Source: an uncultured Christensenellaceae bacterium (GTDB lineage: Bacteria; Bacillota; Clostridia; Christensenellales; CAG-314). From it: a stretch of DNA of 64,000 bases. Below the pieces are notes generated by a model. It made no database searches and was not told the DNA's origin. It was given only the letters and a program-made list of their open reading frames with translations. A program made the position numbers and the translations under genes. The number at the start of each line of letters is the position of its first letter. The stretch's first letter is position 1. This document shows positions 8,341 to 17,798 of the stretch, in pieces. The stretch covers positions 271,400 through 335,399 of the forward strand of contig CAJUIV010000001.1 in NCBI GenBank assembly GCA_910586905.1, written 5' to 3'.

Positions 8341-8994
8341 ATGAAAATTCAATACTTGGGACATTCTTGCTTTCGTCTTATAAGCGATATGGGAACAACT
8401 GTTCTTTGCGACCCGTACAAGTCCGATATGGTAGGACCGAATATGCCTCTCGTACGCTGCGATGTCGTAACGGTTTCGCATCATCACGACGATCATGATT
8501 GTATGGACGCGGTTATGGGCAACCCTGCCGTTATAGATTGTCAAACGGCGTGCTGCGCTGACGACATAGCGATATCTTCTTTTTTGTCGTTTCATGACGA
8601 TGAAAAGGGCGCAAAGCGCGGAGCGAACTTAGTGTTTCTTTTTGAAATCGACGGTCTTAAAATCGTCCATATGGGAGATATAGGCTGTTTCGACGAAAAA
8701 ATCGTTACTGAAGTACGCGGCTGCGACGTACTTATGTTGCCTGTAGGAGGTATATATACGGCGGACGCAACAACCGCAAAAAAATACGTAGACGAAATAG
8801 TCCCCAAAATAGTTCTGCCAATGCATTATATGACGGATAAACACAAATTTCAACTTGACGGATTAGATAAATTCGTCTCTTTGTTCGATACTACGCAAAT
8901 AAAAATCGACGATAGCTATTGCTTAACTTTGTTGGACGAACCTCAGAACGACCGCGCCGAAGTGATAATTCTGCAAAAGTTGGAAGATTTGTGA
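8341..8994 (+). CDS. MBL-fold metallo-hydrolase (UPF0173-like)
   Basis: 217 aa with a GGGAGG SD. Metal-binding motif VSHHHDDHD and a later HMGD motif. Confidence 0.8.
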   Translation: MKIQYLGHSCFRLISDMGTTVLCDPYKSDMVGPNMPLVRCDVVTVSHHHDDHDCMDAVMGNPAVIDCQTACCADDIAISSFLSFHDDEKGAKRGANLVFLFEIDGLKIVHMGDIGCFDEKIVTEVRGCDVLMLPVGGIYTADATTAKKYVDEIVPKIVLPMHYMTDKHKFQLDGLDKFVSLFDTTQIKIDDSYCLTLLDEPQNDRAEVIILQKLEDL

Positions 8995-9111
8995 TTTGCC
9001 CATGTTTAACAAGCCGTTTTAAACGTATTATTTTGTCAAAAAGCGATTTCGTGTCTTTTGATAAGAGAGATTGCTGTATATAAAATAAAAAATTTATTAT
9101 TGATATATGAT

Positions 9112-9142
9112 AAAAGCTCCGCAATTTAATTGCGGAGCTTTT
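9112..9142. terminator. bidirectional intrinsic terminator
   Basis: AAAAGCTCCGCAA / TTGCGGAGCTTTT hairpin. Confidence 0.65.
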
Positions 9143-9149
9143 ATGCCGT

Positions 9150-9281
9150 TTATTTTATTCTTGCAGTGCTGTCTCTTACAATAAGTTGCGATTCGACTTC
9201 GGCGCGGTGAATTTCTTTGTTTCCGTCTAGTTGTTCAATCAAAATTTTTACGGCATTTTTGCCTATTTTGTTTTGGTTTTG
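9150..9281 (-). pseudogene. C-terminal remnant of a LacI/GalR-family regulator
   Basis: Minus-strand translation gives QNQNKIGKNAVKILIEQLDGNKEIHRAEVESQLIVRDSTARIK*, a typical LacI-family C-terminus. An in-frame TAG lies immediately upstream, with no HTH or sugar-binding core. Confidence 0.5.
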
Positions 9282-9539
9282 CTATATGTGAGTAAGTAGC
9301 TCTCTTGCAAATAGCTTTTCTGTGGTCAAAGCTTATTTAATAATAAACTTTCGGATAACTTTTTCCCAATTGCATTAAAATAATCGATATGTTATTTCGG
9401 ACATAATAAATTAAGCTCGTCAAATCGTCTGCAGAGTTCGAGACGCAATAATTTTAACTGTCAAACAGACCCTTATTTCTTGTTTGTCCGTTTTTTAAGT
9501 TGCAGTTTATTCATTGCAACGTTTCCCGGCATCAAATTA

Positions 9540-9552
9540 CTTAACTGTTAAG
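9540..9552. promoter_or_regulatory. palindromic operator candidate 1
   Basis: CTTAAC-T-GTTAAG is a perfect 6+1+6 palindrome, about 40 nt upstream of the -35. Confidence 0.35.
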
Positions 9553-9591
9553 TGAACAGTTAAATTATCTTTTCATTATTTCTTTTGGGTA

Positions 9592-9621
9592 TTGACAACT
9601 AGTCGTGGGGGGGGGTATACT
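9592..9621 (+). promoter_or_regulatory. promoter of the surface lipoprotein gene, with a G9 tract in the spacer
   Basis: TTGACA (9592..9597), an 18-nt spacer ending in nine consecutive G (9607..9615), then TATACT (9616..9621). Confidence 0.5.
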
Positions 9622-9630
9622 CCATATGTA

Positions 9631-9643
9631 CTTAACGGTTAAA
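9631..9643. promoter_or_regulatory. palindromic operator candidate 2
   Basis: CTTAAC-G-GTTAAA is nearly identical to the site at 9540 and sits just downstream of the -10. Confidence 0.35.
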
Positions 9644-9679
9644 TAAATGGCCGTAAAGATTTATTTTTAGGAGGAAACT

Positions 9680-11380
9680 ATGAACAAAAAACTGCTTACG
9701 CTTGTGTTGGCGTTGATAATGGTAGTAGCGATTGGATTGACTGCGTGTCAAGAACAAGTAACGCTTACGCTATACGATTCCGACGGCAAAACCGTACTTA
9801 AAACGGTAAATGTAAAAAAAGGCGAGGCTCCCGTAAAGCCTGCAGACCCTCAAAAAGACGGATTTACGTTTGACGGATGGTTTATAACTCCCACCAACAA
9901 TACGCCTTACGATTTCACAAAGGCGCTTGACGAGGACGCCAAGGCGTACGCTCACTGGACGGACAATAACTACGTAGACGATCGCGATTGGGTTATCGTG
10001 GGTAATATGCTCAGTTGGGACGATGCGTTGACAGACTCTCACTTCACGAAAAAGCAGGGAACTAATAACGTCTTCGAACTAACGATGGATTTACATGTTG
10101 ACGACGAATTCCAGCTTACCGTACTTTTGGAAAACGGAACTCTCGCTTATAAATCTAACGGCGCAAGAGCGTGCGGAAGTAACTTGAGCAAAGACGCCGA
10201 AGAATATATGGAGGCTAAAGGCAACGGCCTCGATGCCGCGGCGAATACGAATATTTTGGTTAAGAAAGACGGTAACTATACTTTGACGTTAACTACCGCA
10301 GCCGAAAACAGCGCTAACAAAATCGCCGTGAAACGTAACGGCGACGCAAAACCCGTAGAAGAAGTAGAAGTCGTTAACTACTACATAAAAGGTAAAAATA
10401 TAACGAGTTGGCAAGACGTACACACTCCCGCGACAAGATTCTCTCTTTTAAACCAAAAACTGACGTTGACGGTTTATTTGGCCGAAGGCGACGATTTTAT
10501 GTTTACTGCCATAAAAACCAAAGGAGAAACTTCCTCTCAGCTTACCACTTATAATATAACGAACTTAGACGCTGCGAGCGCTGCATTATTCAATAAGAAC
10601 GGAAACAATATCAGCGTTAAAACTACCGGTTTTTATACCTTTACGCTTGATACCGATAGCAAGACTATCGAAGCGAAATTCGACGCCGAAAAACAACGCG
10701 ACGAGTTGGTATGCTTTATCGACGGTAATATTTTAGGCGGAAAATACGGAGACTTTATGGAAGCCGTAAACGAAGCAAAATATAAGATGACCAAAAACGG
10801 AGACATCTACACTATAGAAGGCGTAGAACTTAAAGCAGGAGAAGAACTTATCGTACGTACTTACAAGGCAAGCGAAACCGAATATACGTGGAATAATATC
10901 AACAAAACATTTAACGCGGATTATTTGCACGCCTCGGTAGGATTCGGCGCGGCAAGTAAGGATAATCATAATGTAAAAGTAGGCGAAGACGGAACTTATA
11001 ATATTACATTCGACGCTTATATGCAAACGGTAAGTATCGCCAAAGACGGAAAAGACGTTTATATAAAAGGCGATACGGTAAATAACTGGGAACACAAATT
11101 CCAAGACGAGTATAAGTTTACCGTTACGCAAGACGCCGCGGTATACGAACTTACCATAGAACTTGCCGAAGGAGCTAAATTCGGTTTGGCTGTATACAAC
11201 ATTGGCGAATCCAGCGGAAACGGCGGATGGGTCGGCAGAGCGCAGCTCGGTACGGAAGGAACCGCCAACAATATGTTCGGGGATTCGGGCGACCTTGCGT
11301 GCGCTACGGCGGGAACTTATAGATTGACCTATAACTACAAAACGAACACTCTCGATATTTATACCGTTACAGCGGAATAA
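9680..11380 (+). CDS. surface lipoprotein with a Listeria-Bacteroides (Flg_new) repeat and four repeated beta-sandwich-like modules; putative glucan-binding protein
   Basis: 566 aa with an AGGAGG SD and lipobox LTAC. GFTFDGWFITPTNNTPYDF is the Listeria-Bacteroides repeat signature. Four modules each end in a G.Y.(F/L)T...(T/N)..I-like strand. It lies next to the maltodextrin genes. Confidence 0.8.
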   Translation: MNKKLLTLVLALIMVVAIGLTACQEQVTLTLYDSDGKTVLKTVNVKKGEAPVKPADPQKDGFTFDGWFITPTNNTPYDFTKALDEDAKAYAHWTDNNYVDDRDWVIVGNMLSWDDALTDSHFTKKQGTNNVFELTMDLHVDDEFQLTVLLENGTLAYKSNGARACGSNLSKDAEEYMEAKGNGLDAAANTNILVKKDGNYTLTLTTAAENSANKIAVKRNGDAKPVEEVEVVNYYIKGKNITSWQDVHTPATRFSLLNQKLTLTVYLAEGDDFMFTAIKTKGETSSQLTTYNITNLDAASAALFNKNGNNISVKTTGFYTFTLDTDSKTIEAKFDAEKQRDELVCFIDGNILGGKYGDFMEAVNEAKYKMTKNGDIYTIEGVELKAGEELIVRTYKASETEYTWNNINKTFNADYLHASVGFGAASKDNHNVKVGEDGTYNITFDAYMQTVSIAKDGKDVYIKGDTVNNWEHKFQDEYKFTVTQDAAVYELTIELAEGAKFGLAVYNIGESSGNGGWVGRAQLGTEGTANNMFGDSGDLACATAGTYRLTYNYKTNTLDIYTVTAE

Positions 11381-11398
11381 GTAACGTTCAAACAAAAA

Positions 11399-11422
11399 CT
11401 CCGCCGTCTAACGACGGCGGAG
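11399..11422. terminator. intrinsic terminator
   Basis: CTCCGCCGTC-TAAC-GACGGCGGAG is a perfect 10-bp stem. Confidence 0.6.
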
Positions 11423-11505
11423 AATGTTTGATACTGTACGGAAAACGTTTAGAGTCGATTACTATCGAATGCAAGCGTTTGGGTAGTTATATAACTGATC
11501 CAAAA

Positions 11506-12309
11506 TCAAATTTTTATATCGTGGTTGAGCGCTTCCAAACGGTTGATAGTGATATCCAAGCATTTCCACAGCAATTCGATTTTTTCTTGATTGAACGTAT
11601 CGATCGTTAAGACGTCTTTAGCAAAACGCTTTGCGTATTCTCCAAGCGTTTCGCCAAGGGCGACTACGTTGCAATCTGCAATGGTTGACGTAAAATCGAA
11701 ATTATCCGCAAAAACAATTTCGGGAAAAACCGACATGGCGTCCTTTTTTAAAGGTTCGCAGTTAAGAGGTAAGCTGACGACTTTGTAATTGTTTTCACCG
11801 TATATTTTGTCGGCTACGGTCTTGACTTTGAGATAGTCGATCGTAATTTGATAAAACAGTTCGTTATTTGCAAGTTTGGAATCCAATGCGATAAGCGGAC
11901 AAAAGTTTACTTCTCCGAGTTCGCGGAAAAATTGCTCGTCCACGTTGTAGCAAATTACCGCGTCGCTGCTTGAAAAGCTTTTTATTTCTTTGCCTGCGGC
12001 AATTTGCAGCCAATACCCTTTAGAGGATAAAAACTTGTACAGTCTCTCGGTTGCGCGCATTGCTTCGGCTTTGTAAAGCGGAGATTTATTTCTTCCGACG
12101 AATAGCGTAACAATATTGGTTTTACCGCTGGAAATACACTTAGCCGTAAAGTTAATACGGTATTGGTGGAGGTTTACGATTTGCAATATTTTTTGTCTCG
12201 TAGCTTCGCTTATACATTGGTCTTCGCGGTTATTCAGTACATAACTGACGGTAGCAATGGATACGCCCGCTTCTTTGGCGATATCGCGTATAGTCATCTT
12301 TTTACTCAT
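11506..12309 (-). CDS. LacI-family transcriptional regulator (short, 267 aa)
   Basis: N-terminal HTH MTIRDIAKEAGVSIATVSYVLNN. Divergent from the GH13/ABC operon. Confidence 0.8.
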   Translation of the reverse strand: MSKKMTIRDIAKEAGVSIATVSYVLNNREDQCISEATRQKILQIVNLHQYRINFTAKCISSGKTNIVTLFVGRNKSPLYKAEAMRATERLYKFLSSKGYWLQIAAGKEIKSFSSSDAVICYNVDEQFFRELGEVNFCPLIALDSKLANNELFYQITIDYLKVKTVADKIYGENNYKVVSLPLNCEPLKKDAMSVFPEIVFADNFDFTSTIADCNVVALGETLGEYAKRFAKDVLTIDTFNQEKIELLWKCLDITINRLEALNHDIKI

Positions 12310-12372
12310 AATATCAAAATTGTAACATTTGATTTGTCAAATGTCAACAGCAAATATAATAAGGGAGTTTAA

Positions 12373-14055
12373 ATGAATTTACAAGCAATTTATCACAGAC
12401 CCGAAAGCAACTATTGTTTTGCTTCGTCGCAAAAAGAACTTACTCTGCGATTACGCTTTGCAAAAGGCGAAAAGATAGAGTTCGTATCGGTTTTATACAA
12501 TACTAAATATGCGATTGCCGAAAAACAATTCGAAAGCGAAATGGAGTTGTTTCTTTCCGACAATCTTTTTGACTATTATACCGTTACGCTTGCTCTTGCA
12601 GACAGTCGCGTTTCATACGTTTTCAAACTTCGAGTCGGCGGCAAAAACTATTTTTATTGCGAAGACGGAGTTGTGGAAAATTACGACTTTAATTATGCGT
12701 ATTTCAATAGTTTTCAATTCGCATATATTCACGACAGCGACGTTATCAAAAATGCGGAGTGGCTTAATAACGCCGTATTTTATCAAATTTTCGTAGACAG
12801 ATTTTACAAAGCGTCGAAAAAAGACGAAAGTTACATAACAAACGATTGGAAGGATTTGCCGACGCCGAAATCTTTCCTGGGCGGAGATTTAGACGGTATA
12901 CGGCAAAAATTGCCTTACGTTAAATCGCTTGGGGTCAATGCGCTTTATCTTACGCCTATATTTAAAAGTAAATCCAATCACAAATATAATATCAGCGACT
13001 ATTACGAAGTAGACGAAATGTTCGGAGGCGAAGAGGCTTTTGCTCGTTTGGCAGAAGCCTGCCGCAGTATGGACATAAAAATAGTTTTGGACGCGGTATT
13101 CAATCATGTAAGCGAAGATTTCGCTCCTTTTCGCGACGTAGTAAAGAATGGAAAGAAATCGCGGTATTTCGATTGGTTCGTTATAAACGGCGATACGATA
13201 CAAGACGGCTACGCGTGTTTTGCGGCGTGCTCAGATATGCCTAAATTAAATACGGACAACGCGGAAGTGCAAAGGTATTTTATCGACGTCGCATTATATT
13301 GGACGAAAAAATACGGTATAGACGGTTGGCGTTTAGACGTGTCGGACGAAGTATCGCACGAGTTTTGGCGTAGCTTCCGCAAAGAAATCAAAAAGGTCGA
13401 TCCGAATTGCGTACTCATAGGCGAGAACTGGCACAACAGCGAAAACTATCTTGGCGGCGATCAGTTTGACGGCATAATGAACTACGCTATAACCAAGCAG
13501 ATGATGGACTATTGGGTATCGTCAACGATTGATGAAAAACAGCTTGCCGAAAGACTTTCGGGACAGTTTGCAAGGTACAGCGACGTTACGAACGCTATGA
13601 TGTTTAACTTGTTGGATTGCCACGATACTCACAGGTTTTATACATTGCTCGGTTGCGATAAAAATAAATTGATGTGCGCTATAGCGACTATGATATTTAT
13701 TCCAGGAAGTTACAGTTTGTACTACGGTACTGAAATATTGACGGAGGGAGGATTCGATCCTGATAGCAGAAGGGCCTTTGATTGGGAGAAATTGCAACGA
13801 GACGATATACAAGAGTTTTGGGAAGGTTTAAAACAAGTTTTAGCCTTAAAACGGCAGCCGGCTATTAAAAACGGCAAGGTAAAGTTTTACGAACAAAACG
13901 GTTTGTTCGTTATCGAACGCTATTGCGACGAACAAAATTTGAAACTTAAAGTATGTAAAAAATCCGTTCGTATCAGCGCGGACGGAGCGTTGACGTTTAA
14001 CGTTGACAAATATTTTAACGACAACTCTTTTGTTGTCGAAGGGAGGCTTGTATGA
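12373..14055 (+). CDS. intracellular GH13 neopullulanase / cyclomaltodextrinase / maltogenic amylase-like enzyme
   Basis: 560 aa with no signal peptide. GH13 regions are DAVFNHV, GWRLDVSDEV, IGENWH and LLDCHDTHR. An N-terminal extra domain is typical of this subgroup. Confidence 0.85.
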   Translation: MNLQAIYHRPESNYCFASSQKELTLRLRFAKGEKIEFVSVLYNTKYAIAEKQFESEMELFLSDNLFDYYTVTLALADSRVSYVFKLRVGGKNYFYCEDGVVENYDFNYAYFNSFQFAYIHDSDVIKNAEWLNNAVFYQIFVDRFYKASKKDESYITNDWKDLPTPKSFLGGDLDGIRQKLPYVKSLGVNALYLTPIFKSKSNHKYNISDYYEVDEMFGGEEAFARLAEACRSMDIKIVLDAVFNHVSEDFAPFRDVVKNGKKSRYFDWFVINGDTIQDGYACFAACSDMPKLNTDNAEVQRYFIDVALYWTKKYGIDGWRLDVSDEVSHEFWRSFRKEIKKVDPNCVLIGENWHNSENYLGGDQFDGIMNYAITKQMMDYWVSSTIDEKQLAERLSGQFARYSDVTNAMMFNLLDCHDTHRFYTLLGCDKNKLMCAIATMIFIPGSYSLYYGTEILTEGGFDPDSRRAFDWEKLQRDDIQEFWEGLKQVLALKRQPAIKNGKVKFYEQNGLFVIERYCDEQNLKLKVCKKSVRISADGALTFNVDKYFNDNSFVVEGRLV

Positions 14056-15461
14056 AAAAAGTATGGTCAGTTGTCTTGGCGGCGTTACTTGTCGTGTGCG
14101 CATGCGTTTCTCTGATTTCGTGCGGCAAAGGCGGCAAGGAGATAATTATACGCGTGCTGGAAAACGATACCGCGAAAGACAAAGGATATTTGGATTATTT
14201 GCTTAACGCTTTTAACGAGAAGTACAAAGACCAAAACGTTAAAGCAGTGGACGCAAATATGGACGAGTATTGCGATTTGGAAAACGACGGACCTTACGGT
14301 TACGGTCCGGACGTGCTGTACCAGGCGAACGATATACTAATGAAGTACGTTAACGGTAAGCACATTTTACCTATAGAAATAAGCGAATTGGATTGCTACG
14401 AGCATATTCCGCAAAACGCGTGGGACGCTTACAAGGCTAATGTCGAAGGACGCGACGTTTATTGCGGAGTGCCTGTCAACGTTCAGCAACCGTTGTTGTT
14501 TTACCGTAAGGATATGTTGCCTGATAATTGGAAGACGGATTGGGACAAGAATAATAACGATATTCCCGATATGGTTGAATTTTGGACGGAAATGTATCGT
14601 TACAGCAAATCTATACGCGATACGGATAAGAGTAAGTTCGGCTACGCCGTTAACCTTACGAACGAGTACTTTAACAGCGGATTTTTATTTTCCTACGGCG
14701 CGTATGTATTCGGAAATAACAATACCGACGACAAAGACATAGGTCTTGCTTCCGGCGACGCGAAAATAGGCGCTAAGATTATTTGGGATTTGGCAGGGCT
14801 TATGGATTTGAAATGCGCGGACGAAAGTTTTACTAACGCCCGTACGACGATGTTGGCAAACGGTACGATATTCGCTAACGTATGTACTCCGGATATAACG
14901 ACGCAATTTTTAAAAGATTTGGCTTTGGAGTATAAAAAACAAGGATTGTCCGAAGAGCAAGCCAACGAAAAAGCCAACGAAAATCTGATACTTACCACGT
15001 TGCCTAAGCTGCCTAAAAACGGAGATATAACCGTTGAACAGGACGTGACGGACGAAACGCTTTGGATGTCGCAAAAAACAATGGGCGGCGTCAACGGTTA
15101 TGGCATATCCAGTTATGCTAAAAACAGAGAGTGGTCTTTAAAATTCGTTGAGTTTGCAACCAGTCTCGAAATGGTAACTAAACGTCAAGAATTGCTCGGT
15201 ATCGTTCCCGCACGCGACGACGCTTTAACTAACGAAGACGACATTGCTACCAAAATTACTTTTCAAAATCTTAACGACGGAACGCTAGTAGTTATGCCGT
15301 CTATATCGTCGGTACGCGCGATTTGGACGCCTATAAAATCTTGCTTTAAAACGATTGCTACGGACGGATGCGGAAAAAGAACGTTCAGCATTGACGATAT
15401 GCAAACAGAGTTAAACAAAATGGTGGCAAATATCAAATCTCAAATCGAGACGCTTCAATAA
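14052..15461 (+). CDS. sugar (maltodextrin-type) ABC transporter substrate-binding lipoprotein
   Basis: 469 aa. Its ATG overlaps the upstream stop (ATGA). Lipobox LISC. Family-1 solute-binding protein character, in an operon with MalF/MalG-like permeases. Confidence 0.8.
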   Translation: MKKVWSVVLAALLVVCACVSLISCGKGGKEIIIRVLENDTAKDKGYLDYLLNAFNEKYKDQNVKAVDANMDEYCDLENDGPYGYGPDVLYQANDILMKYVNGKHILPIEISELDCYEHIPQNAWDAYKANVEGRDVYCGVPVNVQQPLLFYRKDMLPDNWKTDWDKNNNDIPDMVEFWTEMYRYSKSIRDTDKSKFGYAVNLTNEYFNSGFLFSYGAYVFGNNNTDDKDIGLASGDAKIGAKIIWDLAGLMDLKCADESFTNARTTMLANGTIFANVCTPDITTQFLKDLALEYKKQGLSEEQANEKANENLILTTLPKLPKNGDITVEQDVTDETLWMSQKTMGGVNGYGISSYAKNREWSLKFVEFATSLEMVTKRQELLGIVPARDDALTNEDDIATKITFQNLNDGTLVVMPSISSVRAIWTPIKSCFKTIATDGCGKRTFSIDDMQTELNKMVANIKSQIETLQ

Positions 15462-15468
15462 TATAGTT

Positions 15469-16833
15469 ATGAGCAAAGAAAAAACAAAAATAAACGTTTT
15501 TACTAAAATCGGAAATCGGTTTAAAAACGGAATAAACGGTTTAAAACTATTTTTTAAAAAATGCGGACGCGAAACGTATTCGTCAATGGCGTTTATGGGA
15601 TTGGGACAAATTCTCAACGGGCAGTTCGTAAAGGGGATATTGTACGCTCTTGCCGAAGTCGCTATTGTCGTATATTTTGCGTTGACGGGCGTTAAAGATT
15701 TTATAGGATTTTTTACGCTTGGTACCACTAAAGCGGACGCTTGGCTGCAACTAGCAGGCGACAATTCCGTTATAATGCTTCTTCGCGGCATTTTGTCTTG
15801 GATAGTTTTGACGGTTACTGTCGCGTTGTATTTATCGTGTATAAAAGACGCCAATAAATACGCAGAGATAAAGGGCGTTGGTAACGTGCCGTCGTTTCGC
15901 GACGATTTAAGTTCTTTGTTGAACAAAAACTTTTTCAAGATCGCTTTAGCGTTACCACTCATAGGCGTGGCTATATTCAACGTTTTACCGATAGTATTTA
16001 TGATTTTGATCGCCTTTACCAACTACGGCGGAGAAATAGTGCCTCCCGAATTGGTAGACTGGTCGTTTGACAGTTTTAGAAAGCTTATAGCTCTTGGCGA
16101 TTTTTCCCAAACTTTCGGCAGAATATTGGCATGGAATTTTCTGTGGGCGACAGCGTCTACCGCGTTCAATTATTTTGCAGGATTGGGTTTGGCTCTTTTG
16201 TACAACAAAAAGTGCGTAAAAGGCAAAGCAATATGGAGAGCTTTTCCGATACTTGCTTACGCCGTACCCGGATTTATAACGTTGCTTGCTTTTCAATTTA
16301 TGTTTAGCAACGGCGGACCTATCAACAATATGATAGTTAATAACGGCGGACAGATTGTAGACTTTTTGGGTATCAACTCGAAATGGATAGCTCGCGGTAT
16401 AGGATTTTTCGTTAACGCCTGGCTGTCGATTCCTTCTATAATGCTGCTTGCGACGGGTATTCTTACCAATATAAATACCGACTTGTACGAAGCGGCGCGC
16501 ATCGACGGCGCAAACGGTTTCGTTCAGTTCCGCAAAATAACGCTTCCTTTCGTTCTGTTTTCTACAACCCCGGTTCTTATATCTCAGTTCGTAGGTAATT
16601 TTAACAACTTCGGAGTGTTTTACTTCTTGCGTAAGGATATTCTGACAGACGGATATTTGGCAGCAAACGATACCGACTTGCTTATAAACTGGCTTTACCG
16701 GTTGTCCATCGACAATAACTACTACGGAGTAGGCGCGGCGATCAGTTTGATTATTTTCGTTATAACTTCAGTAATAAGTTTGATAGTCTACGTTCGTTCT
16801 TCGGCGTATAAAAGGGAGGATACTTTTAAATGA
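15469..16833 (+). CDS. sugar ABC transporter permease (MalF-like)
   Basis: 454 aa and polytopic. EAA-loop motif YEAARIDGANGFVQFRKITLP. Confidence 0.85.
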   Translation: MSKEKTKINVFTKIGNRFKNGINGLKLFFKKCGRETYSSMAFMGLGQILNGQFVKGILYALAEVAIVVYFALTGVKDFIGFFTLGTTKADAWLQLAGDNSVIMLLRGILSWIVLTVTVALYLSCIKDANKYAEIKGVGNVPSFRDDLSSLLNKNFFKIALALPLIGVAIFNVLPIVFMILIAFTNYGGEIVPPELVDWSFDSFRKLIALGDFSQTFGRILAWNFLWATASTAFNYFAGLGLALLYNKKCVKGKAIWRAFPILAYAVPGFITLLAFQFMFSNGGPINNMIVNNGGQIVDFLGINSKWIARGIGFFVNAWLSIPSIMLLATGILTNINTDLYEAARIDGANGFVQFRKITLPFVLFSTTPVLISQFVGNFNNFGVFYFLRKDILTDGYLAANDTDLLINWLYRLSIDNNYYGVGAAISLIIFVITSVISLIVYVRSSAYKREDTFK

Positions 16834-17672
16834 GAAAACCCGGAATTCGAGCAAAAAAAGTTGCGGACAGTTGTCTTACATACGCTATATTGACCGTAGT
16901 GTCTATGGTATTTCTTTTTCCGATTTTATGGCTCGTTCTGAGTTGCTTTTCGGCAAACGGAAGTATATACAGCTTTAACGGATTTTTTCCGACCAGTTTT
17001 TCGTTCGACAGTTTCAAAAATCTGTTTACGGATACTAAAACGTACAACTATCCGAGTTGGTTCGGCTATACTTTGCTGGTTGCTGTAATAAGCAGCGTAG
17101 TAGGAACGTTATTGGTAATATTGACGGCTTTTACAATTTCCTCTTTTCAGTTTTCGGGACGTAAATTTTTGATGAAGGGCGCGTTGGTTCTCGGAATGTT
17201 TCCGTCCTTTATGGGCATGACGGCAGTATATCTTCTTATGACGCAATTCGGCTTTATCAACAATCATGTAGGACTTGCCCTTATTTACGCAGGCGGAGCG
17301 CCTATGGGATATTTGGTTCAAAAGGGCTTTTTCGATACTATTCCCAGTTCTATTTACGAGGCGGCGAGGATAGACGGCGCAAGTAATCTGCATATTTTTT
17401 GCACGATTACTTTGCCTCTTTCCAAACCCATTATCGTATATACTCTTCTTACCCAGTTTGCGTGGCCCTGGAGCGACTTTATTTTGCCTAAGTTGTTGCT
17501 TAAAGATCGCGAATTGTGGACGGTAGCTGTCGGACTTATGTCTTTGCCGGAAACGGAATTCGCGCGCTTTGCCGCGGGTTCGGTATTTATAGCGGTACCG
17601 ATAGTAATTTTGTATTTCTTCCTGTCGAAATATTTGATTAACGGACTTTCCGCAGGAGCGGTTAAGGGGTGA
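16830..17672 (+). CDS. sugar ABC transporter permease (MalG-like)
   Basis: 280 aa. 4-nt overlap with the upstream gene. EAA loop YEAARIDGASNLHIFCTITLP. Confidence 0.85.
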   Translation: MRKPGIRAKKVADSCLTYAILTVVSMVFLFPILWLVLSCFSANGSIYSFNGFFPTSFSFDSFKNLFTDTKTYNYPSWFGYTLLVAVISSVVGTLLVILTAFTISSFQFSGRKFLMKGALVLGMFPSFMGMTAVYLLMTQFGFINNHVGLALIYAGGAPMGYLVQKGFFDTIPSSIYEAARIDGASNLHIFCTITLPLSKPIIVYTLLTQFAWPWSDFILPKLLLKDRELWTVAVGLMSLPETEFARFAAGSVFIAVPIVILYFFLSKYLINGLSAGAVKG

Positions 17673-17765
17673 TTAACGAAAACGCCTAGCGGTGCGGGAT
17701 TCGGAAACTGCAAGCCGAAGTCCGCGCGCTCAAGCGTTGTAGGTTTTCATATTTTTTTCCAAAAG

Positions 17766-17798
17766 TTACGGACGGAAACAAAACCGTCCGTAATTTTT
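17766..17798 (+). terminator. intrinsic terminator of the maltodextrin operon
   Basis: TTACGGACGG / CCGTCCGTAA stem followed by TTTTT. Confidence 0.65.

Noticed and set aside
10733-11395. 220-aa minus-strand ORF opposite the surface lipoprotein gene.
   Set aside because: It is antisense to a gene with a signal peptide, lipobox and repeat structure. It has no SD, and its composition mirrors the sense strand.
15411-16022. 203-aa minus-strand ORF opposite the MalF-like permease.
   Set aside because: It is an antisense shadow of a well-supported ABC permease with an EAA loop.
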